A stretch of 64,000 bases of DNA from Eledone cirrhosa (taxonomy: Eukaryota), in contig OZ024741.1 of assembly GCA_964016885.1 (NCBI GenBank), positions 158,162,001-158,226,000 on the forward strand, in the 5' to 3' direction. How positions within the stretch are numbered: the first letter of the stretch is position 1; each line of letters opens with the position of its first letter. The translations under genes and the position numbers were made by a program. A model generated the notes under the pieces. That model ran no database searches and had not been told where the DNA came from. It saw only the letters and a program-made list of their open reading frames with translations. This document shows, in pieces, positions 33,567 through 64,000 of this stretch.

Positions 33567-34102
33567 CCTGTATTTATACAGATATAACTTTAGAATATAT
33601 TTATATATATTCTCTCTCACGTTACCTCTGTCAGCCAGTCAGGGAGCTAGCCATGGAGTGTGTTGTAAGGTAGTGTTCTTCTACTTAACCCAGCTATCTG
33701 AGAAAGTTAAGTGTCCCTCATACTTCAACAAACAACTCACCTTTGAGACTCAAGCTAGATTCAGTAATCATGACTCCCTCCTTCCTCTCCTGACATTTAT
33801 CTCCCCAGCCAGGGTGTGGTGCCAGGGCGGTGTAAGTGTTCCCCTACTTAGCCCAGCTATCTGAGAAAGTTTTTAAGTGTGCCACATAATTCCACCTACT
33901 CATCTACTTCTCAACATTTGGGACTCAACTCAACTCAACTATATTCTTAATGTTTATCTTAATCATCTTATGTTGCTAGATCTCTGTGTGTGCGTATGTC
34001 TCACACTTTCTCTTTATATATGTGTCACTCTGACTGTATGTATGAGTGTGTGTGGGGAGGTGTATGTATGTATGTATGTATGTTCTGTTTCATTATTTTA
34101 TC

Positions 34103-34528
34103 GGTGGATTGGCAGTATCGGTAGAGGGTCAGACGCCATGCTTTTAAGCATAGTTACGGCCCTTGCCATTCTGAGTTCAAATCCCGCCAAGGTTAACTTT
34201 GCCTTTCATCCTTACGGGGGTCGATAAAATAAAGTACCAGTAATGCATTGGGGAAATTGCTGGCCTTGTGCCAAAAGTTGGAACAATTATTTTATATATT
34301 TTTTTAGGGCGGTGAACTAGCAGTATCAATTGGGCATTGGACAACATGCTTTGCAACATGTAGTTACAGCTCTTTACATTCGGGGTTCAAATCCCGCCGA
34401 GGTTAGCTTTGCCTTTCATCCTTAATGGGTCAATAGAATAAAGTACCAGTTATGTACTGGGGTTGATTTAATCGACTTTCCCCCTCCCCCAAATTACTGG
34501 CCTTGAGCCTTTAACAGAAACCATTATT
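34103..34528 (+). mobile_element. Two tandem tRNA-derived SINEs, same family
   Basis: Same motifs as the 59798 cluster; minus-strand copies also at ~24088-24290, ~32922-33095 and ~54776-54905. Confidence 0.88.
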
Positions 34529-35009
34529 TCATAACTTTTTACTATTAGAGAGAGAGCCAGTTTCTAACATAGACACAAGACATTTTCATTGGAATTTAGA
34601 CATCATCAACTAGGTAAATATGTATGTCTGCATGTGTGTATTTGAGCAGGTATGAATGTTATTATATGTGTGGATCTGTATGCATTGAGTTATATGTGTA
34701 CACATGCATATGTTTTGTATCTATACATGTGTATATGCAATTATTACATGCAGAATTTTGGGAATGTATCTATGCATGAGAAAAAACATGCATAAATCAA
34801 TTGAATAATGTATTAAAACCTATTTATTTATTTATTCATTTTATATATTGCTCTGTGATGTTGTAAAACTACTATAACTGGAAATTTACAAATTGGATTA
34901 AACCCTGAACTGTCTTTTACCAATCTTACTGTGGATAATAAAATCACATTCAAATTTTGAATATTTTTCTGCTTTATATAGCTGTATTATCAACTCATCT
35001 GATCTACCT

Positions 35010-35094
<85 letters not shown>

Positions 35095-35238
35095 ATATAA
35101 TAATACAAGGATGATTTGGTTAAGCCTTCATTACATTTATTGATTGTGATGCGCGTTTCGCTATTGATCAGCTCAAGGTTCGATGTACGTATATGTGTGT
35201 ATATATATATATGTATGTATATATGTATGTATATATGT

Positions 35239-35618
35239 AAGGCTTGGGCCTTGTGCTCTCAAGGCTTGGGCCCAGTGCTATCTGCCCACGACAAAAATCT
35301 CACTCGCATCTCATAACAACAATACGGCACAATTATTTCACCTCAATTGGCCCTGCTCTCTTTAACATTTCACCAAAACACATTAAAACAGAAACAGACC
35401 CCATAAAGTTCAAGAAGTCTTTGGACAAATTCCTTCAAGAAATCCCGGATATGTCTCTGTAAACAATAACTCTCTTCTTGAGTGAGCCATAGTGTCCAAA
35501 TCCTGATTTGAAAGACTTCGCCAGGTGATGCTATTAAGTTAGACATGACCTGGGCCATTTCTGTCCAGAAATAGCCGTCGAAATGGCTTGAGCTCTGCCG
35601 TCGGGGTCTAACATTTTC
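35239..35618 (+). mobile_element. 3' fragment of the 11136 LINE family with a different terminal segment
   Basis: LITTIRHNYFTSIGPALFNI..KFKKSLDKFLQEIPD and matching 3'UTR. Confidence 0.9.
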
Positions 35619-36039
35619 CTATATATATCTATATATATATATATATATAGTATTGCTTGTAAACACAGCTGTGTATGTGTGGGTGTCTCTCTCTCTCTCT
35701 CCCCCTTTGCCACTGTGTGTGGCTATATATATATAGCTTGTAAACATGTGTGTGATGTAATGTAATATGTGTATTTTCCCCTCCATGTGGGTACCTATCT
35801 ACTATAACATTGGTGTATATATTTGCGTATGTTTGTGTGTATTGATTTATACCTATGTCTGTACGTGTGTGTAACTGGGGGGAAACAGGTGGTGGTTGGG
35901 GTGATGGAGCTGGTAATGTTATGATGGTGGCAATGTTGTTGAAGTTGGTGGTTGTAGTGACAGGGCTGAGGGTTGTGATAATGTTGATGATGGCAATGTT
36001 GTTTACGTTGGTCTTGGTGGTGGCGGCGGTGTAATGTTG

Positions 36040-36662
36040 ATGGTGGTGATGATGATCATAGTAATTATTATAGTGGTGGTGGTGATGGTGATGATAGTGA
36101 TTATTATGGTATTGGAGGTGGTGGTGGTGATGATAGTGATTATTATGGTATTGGAGGTGGTGGTGGTGATAGTGATTATTATAGTGGTGGTGGTGGTGGT
36201 GGTGATAGTGATTATTATAGTGGTGGTGGTGATGGTGGTGATAGTGATTATTATGGTATTGGAGGTGGTGGTGGTGATAGTGATTATTATAGTGGTGGTG
36301 GTGGTGGTGGTGATAGTGATTATTATGGTATTGGAGGTGGTGGTGGTGATAGTGATTATTATAGTGGTGGTGGTGGTGGTGGTGATAGTGATTATTATGG
36401 TATTGGAGGTGGTGATGGTGATAATGATTATTATAGTGGTGGTGGTGGTGATAGTGATTATTATGGTATTGGAGGTGGTGGTGGTGATAGTGATTATTAT
36501 AGTGGTGGTGGTGGTGGTGGTGATAGTGATTATTATGGTATTGGAGGTGGTGATGGTGATAATGATTATTATAGTGGTGGTGGTGGTGATAGTGATTATT
36601 ATGGTATTGGAGGTGGTGGTGGTGATAGTGGTTATTATGGTATTGGAGGTGGTGGTGATGAT
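36040..36662. repeat. Compound (GTG)n/ATAGTGATTATT trinucleotide-based array
   Basis: Direct inspection. Confidence 0.95.
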
Positions 36663-37268
36663 AGATGAGTTGAGGTTCTTTTTGAAATTCTCCCCCCACT
36701 AATAGCAGAAGAAAGTCAATTATAGTTTTAGCAGAGATTTGGGTCAGGCTGAAAATTAAGTACTGCAGGTAATAGGTGGGGGGTGTTGGGTGGAGTATGT
36801 ATGTGGGGAGGAAGGATTCTCTGTGGAGCAATCAACAGTCAATTGTATCAGAAACAAACATTTCTCATCCATTGCCACCACCACACTTTCAAGTGTTCCC
36901 CTTCACCCCCACCACCACACTTTCAAGTGTTCCCCTTCACCCCCACCACCTGTTCACTTACATCATATACACCCCCCTCTTCTTCCATCACCACAACAAC
37001 ATTCTATTCTCTCACCTTTCTCTCTGTAACTTACTACCCCCTCCCTCAACTTATCCATATATATTGCTCTACTATTTCTCTCTATATATCTATCTACCCC
37101 ACTTTACTTCTCTCTCTCTCTCTCTATGCGTGTGTGTATATATATATATATATGTGCGTGTGTGTGTATATGTGTATATATGTGTGTGTGTGTATATGTG
37201 TGTATGTATATATGTGGGTATGTATATGTGTGTGTGTGTATATATATATGTGTGTGTGTGTATATATA

Positions 37269-37299
<31 letters not shown>

Positions 37300-38224
37300 G
37301 TGTGTGTGTATATATATCACCCCTTCACTCTTCCATACATATTTCTCTTCTACCTCTCTTTATCTCTCTCTATATATATATATATATAAATCTCCCCCCT
37401 TCATACACACAACGAAATGTGACTTTTTGCAAGCAGGGTTTATTTCTATAATGAAGATATAACAAACAGGCCACTGGGTCATGACCTGGGCCATGCATAT
37501 CTCACCTATCATGAACTCCAAATCCTGACTCATTTATGTATCATGAGAACTCTGACCTTAACTGGGGTTTCAAAAAGTGTCCCTTCATTTAGATAAGTTA
37601 TTCCTCATTATCTTCATCTTCAACTTCATCATCATCATTATCATCATTTCTACATTAGCTTTTGCATCCTATGATATAATGTAATATGTGTATTTGCCAC
37701 TCCATTTGAGTGCCTACCCATGTATAAGATTGGTGTATATATATGTGCATATGTATGTATATGTGCATTGATTTGTACCTGTGTCTGTACATTTGTTTTT
37801 CTACAGCTGGATACCCTTCCTACTGTCAACCCATACATTTTTTTAATAGTCTTTTATTCTTTGCTGGAGCAACACTTTGATTTAGTTTATTTTAATGAAC
37901 CCAGTACTTATTTATCAAGTCTGGTACTTATTTTGTTGATCTATTTTCTGTCAAACTGCTAAGTTACAGTACATAACACCAACATGGAAACACACATACA
38001 CACAGGTTCTCTCAAACCACTAACATACAAAACTCAACATAAGCACACACATATATATATACACACATGATATATATATCTATATTATAATATAATACAA
38101 AGGCTAACTTCCTTAACTTCCTTTAATAACCATAACCATAATACATATTTATCATGCCCAAATGGGGTCTTTACTCTTTTATATGTATGTGTGTGTGTGT
38201 GTGTGTGTATATATATAATATTTA

Positions 38225-38412
38225 ATATAAAAATGGCTTCTTCAGGACTAGAACTGTTTCATTCGAAGGAAATCATCAGGAAAGCTCTGCGATTTCCTTC
38301 AAATGAAACAGTTCTAGTCCTGTAGAAGCCATTTCTATATCAAATATTGTATATACTCTACTATGTATTGAGTACCTTATTTACTGTGGTTACCACCGAT
38401 TGAACCTGGGAT
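38225..38412. mobile_element. Fold-back copy of the 10991 hammerhead-bearing element
   Basis: 38225-38274 is inverted at 38291-38340; 38291-38412 aligns to 11002-11120; both hammerhead copies have core mutations. Confidence 0.8.
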
Positions 38413-41157
38413 ACACACACACACATATACATACATACATATACATACATTATTATGAGTTTCTTCACACTTTCTGTATATCAAATTTCACTCAAGTCTT
38501 TAGTTGGCCCGAGGTTATAAAAGACATGTAAGGTGCCATGCAATAGATTGAACCCCAAACCATGTATATGTAGATGTTAAATGATGATGATAATATACAT
38601 ATATATATATATATATTATATAGATATAGATATACACACACAAACACACATGCACACTCACACACAGAGATGTGTGTGTGTGAGTGTATTTGAGAGATTA
38701 ATCACTGTAGGTGAGTTGGGGTGGTGGATAAGAAACATGGAGGTCAAGCTGGAGGAGAAGAGAGAACATTCAGACAAACAGCTGTTAAATACTTCTCCTC
38801 CCTCAATACCTCAACAAAATGTCCAAATAAATAAATAAAACCACTTATAGCCTGTATGTTGAGGAGAGATGGGTAATAGTTGTGAAAGAAACTGTACTTT
38901 TAGTTGAGATAATATAATGATTGCAAGAGAACTTGTGTGTGTGTGTGTTTGGAGGGACATCTGTTTTCCACCAAGTGTTGTTCTACACCACCATAACACT
39001 AGCCCCCAATGTACAATCAAACTTTTCTATATATCTGTATATATGTCTATTTGTCTGTCTATCTAGCCATTAATCTATCTGCCTATCTATCCATTAGTCC
39101 ATCTGTCTGTCTATCCATCTAACCATTCATCTGTCTATCTATCTATCTCTATCTATCTACCATTTATTTATCCCAGACCAACTTCCTTTGAATTAAAAAT
39201 TTGTTTAAATTTGCAATTTAAACATTACTGAAATATCTTATTCTTTACTATGTGAGGACATATCTTATTGTTTGCTGTGTGATGACATATATTTGTCTTT
39301 GCTATGTTAGGGAATATCTTAGCCTTTGTTATGTAAAGGAGTACCTTAGTCTTCGCTATGTTATAGCATATCTTAGTCTTTTGCTACCTTATGTTACTGA
39401 CCTAAAGTTTATGAATGAAATTAGGTAGATGGATAGTGTTTGGAAGCCTGTTAGATGGGCTGTACTTGTAATTCAAATAGCTAGCCTTGTTACACACACA
39501 CACTATGTTAATGTCAAACTGAATTTCCCTCACATGTTTGTAGAATGCTCAACAACTTGCACATTGATTTCATGAGCTGGCTGTTTCATTGGTTGAACAA
39601 CTGGAACACTCTTCATCGAAAATGGATTTCAATTCCCTCCTTAGGTGGCCATCACCTATAAGTAATGTCCTTCCAATTTTTTGTCAGGTGTTCATCACCA
39701 TTAATGGCTGATTATCTTTAGTTTATTCTTTACCTCTTTTACCCGTTTCAGCCATTCGGCCAAGGCCATGCTGGGGCACTTTGAAATCTTTTTAAGATTA
39801 TTTTCTGTCACATCTTTTTTGTCACTCTTTTGTGTACTTCCATTGGTGTGGTCAGAGAGGCCTAAGTAGTTTTCATAGCAACCTAAAACAATCCATTTGA
39901 CCACTCACATGGTTACCATGCCAGCACAAGTGCTGTTCTGAATTAATACAGAAATGGTTGGTGAGCAAATAAAATAACATATTTGACAAATGTAATCTTT
40001 CTGCAGATGGTGACTTAATGATACTCCAAATCTATTCTATAAGAGCCATGCCTGTCAGTTCATCCACATGCTCTCTATATATAGGAGAGGAGGAAATAAT
40101 ACTCTCCCTCTCTCTAAAACATCATGAAAAGAATACTGAGTTTTTTTGTTGTTGTGTGTGCACTTCTGTGTGTGTGTGTGTGTGTGTGTCCTTCAACATA
40201 TAGACAAAGCAACACAGACTTTAATAAAAGACTTCCACTATATTGACAGGTGGTTGTTGTTGTTATTGAGAGAGTAATACAGTGAGAGAGAGAGTGTGTG
40301 TGTGTATGTGTGTGTTTCTGTATGTCCTAAGGATTCCATCCCTAGGCTACAACTAGTAAAGACTTCTGACATATCCCAAGATTGTATATATAAATCATCA
40401 TCATCATTTTACGTCTGCCTTTCCCTGCTTGCCAGGGTTGGACGGGTCCTATTCAGCACAGCATCTCTCCATTTGTCACGGTCCTTCGGTGAGTTTCAGC
40501 GATCTGAGGTCTGCTCTCACCAATGTTGTAGTTTGCTTGAAGTATTGTGGATTATGGAAAGTGGGTGTTTTGGAAGCTGCTACAATGCTGATGGAGTTGT
40601 AAATATTGAAATTACAAAATCCAATGAGGAATGAGAGAGATATGGTTGAGTGCGGATAAGGGGATCCTTTGAAAATGGATAGTACATTCGAAAAATATTT
40701 GAATTAATATATATTACCAAGGTAACATAACCTCTGACTCATGTTTTTCTAATTCTTCTTCTTCCCTTCTTTGCACTCAACTTCACCTCTCTTGTTCATC
40801 ATCCGATTTTCTTACCTCAATATTTACAACCCTGTCTGAATTATAGCAGCTTCCAAGCCATACCCATTTATATATATATAAGCATGCTTTAATACATAGT
40901 AATTAGTCATAAGTGTTTGAAATATATGCATTCCAAACTGATGATTAAGCAGTGTTGGATATACAAACAAACTCTGATAATGGTAAATGCTGTCCTGACC
41001 AGAAAAGACCTATGAAATATATATATATGTACATATATATAAGACTCATTTCCTACTATATCGTTAAACTAATATATCTTTTCATTGTACTGTATTGTTT
41101 GCTTTGTTGTTTCCATTTACTTTTTACATATATATATATTCTATTTATTTATTACAG

Positions 41158-63488
<22,331 letters not shown>

Positions 63489-63740
63489 GTAAGTACAAAT
63501 TAACATTAACTATTTAAATATCTCATTGAATATAGTAATACTATCCACATCTTTCACCCTTGTACTATTATATACCTGTCCTACTATTATATATCCAATT
63601 AACTAGTATATACAGCTATATACCCAACCTACTGCCATCCTTTTGTTATATACTCCACATATTGTCAATCTTTAGATTTTCTTCTTACTGCTTCTTACCA
63701 CAGCTACAATCACTACCACTACTACAATGACTACATACAG

Positions 63741-63955
63741 ACCAGGTCCGAACACAAAGGAACCAAACTCCCACTGTCACTGCGTCCGTCTCTCCTTCTC
63801 TCTCCATCTCTCACTATTATGAACAAATGGGGGCCCACGTACTGGCCGCCCCATAGCATTTCCCCGGAGGATAGTGAGGGACACGCGCTGGAAGAGCCAC
63901 TCCAGCTTGCGAGGCTCATACCTGCGGGTAGCCAACTGTGTGTCGATGGTGATGA
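63741..63955 (+). CDS. Possible further RGL linker exon
   Basis: GC-richer stretch, open in phase 0 from atacag| to GA|gtaagg; weak polypyrimidine tract, no recognisable motif. Confidence 0.35.
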
Positions 63956-64000
63956 GTAAGGAGCTGACCCTAGGGCCAAGGACACCAGAAGTCTCCACTG

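Noticed and set aside
34848-34900. CTGTGA-stem-GAAA motif (similar weak ones at ~35140, ~40975 and ~53360)
   Set aside because: Cores or stems too degenerate to distinguish from chance in AT-rich DNA; possibly old PLE remnants.
35629-36831. 400-aa His-rich ORF
   Set aside because: Trinucleotide-based repeat open on both strands; no splice or homology support.
63676-63740. Alternative acceptors at 63675 and 63703 for the next RGL exon
   Set aside because: Both hit in-frame stops in phase 0.

Overview
Eukaryotic genomic DNA, very AT-rich and full of microsatellites. The repeat landscape suggests an octopod cephalopod (inference). The first ~29 kb is mostly multi-kb (TA)n-derived arrays, which produce all the spurious 'IYIY' ORFs. 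Embedded in them are three young 5'-truncated RTE LINEs, a mariner remnant, a near full-length CR1/L2-group LINE broken by a 200-N gap, and Penelope-like element (PLE) termini. From 41158 to the end, at least 12 in-phase coding exons of a RalGDS/RGL-family Ral GEF (REM + CDC25 domains) lie on the + strand. Their introns carry tRNA-derived SINEs, TTAA MITEs and minisatellites. Two signals stand out. (1) A set of type I hammerhead ribozymes from several PLE-like families, including extended-stem-II and U-U variants, with fold-back duplications that break at or near the ribozyme. (2) A LINE whose ORF1 (Myb/SANT-like + polyQ + 2 CCCH fingers) overlaps an AUG-less ORF2 in the -1 frame, with two in-frame canonical slippery heptamers, i.e. 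a retrovirus-like -1 frameshift signature. All structures and translations were derived by hand, and no database searches were run.
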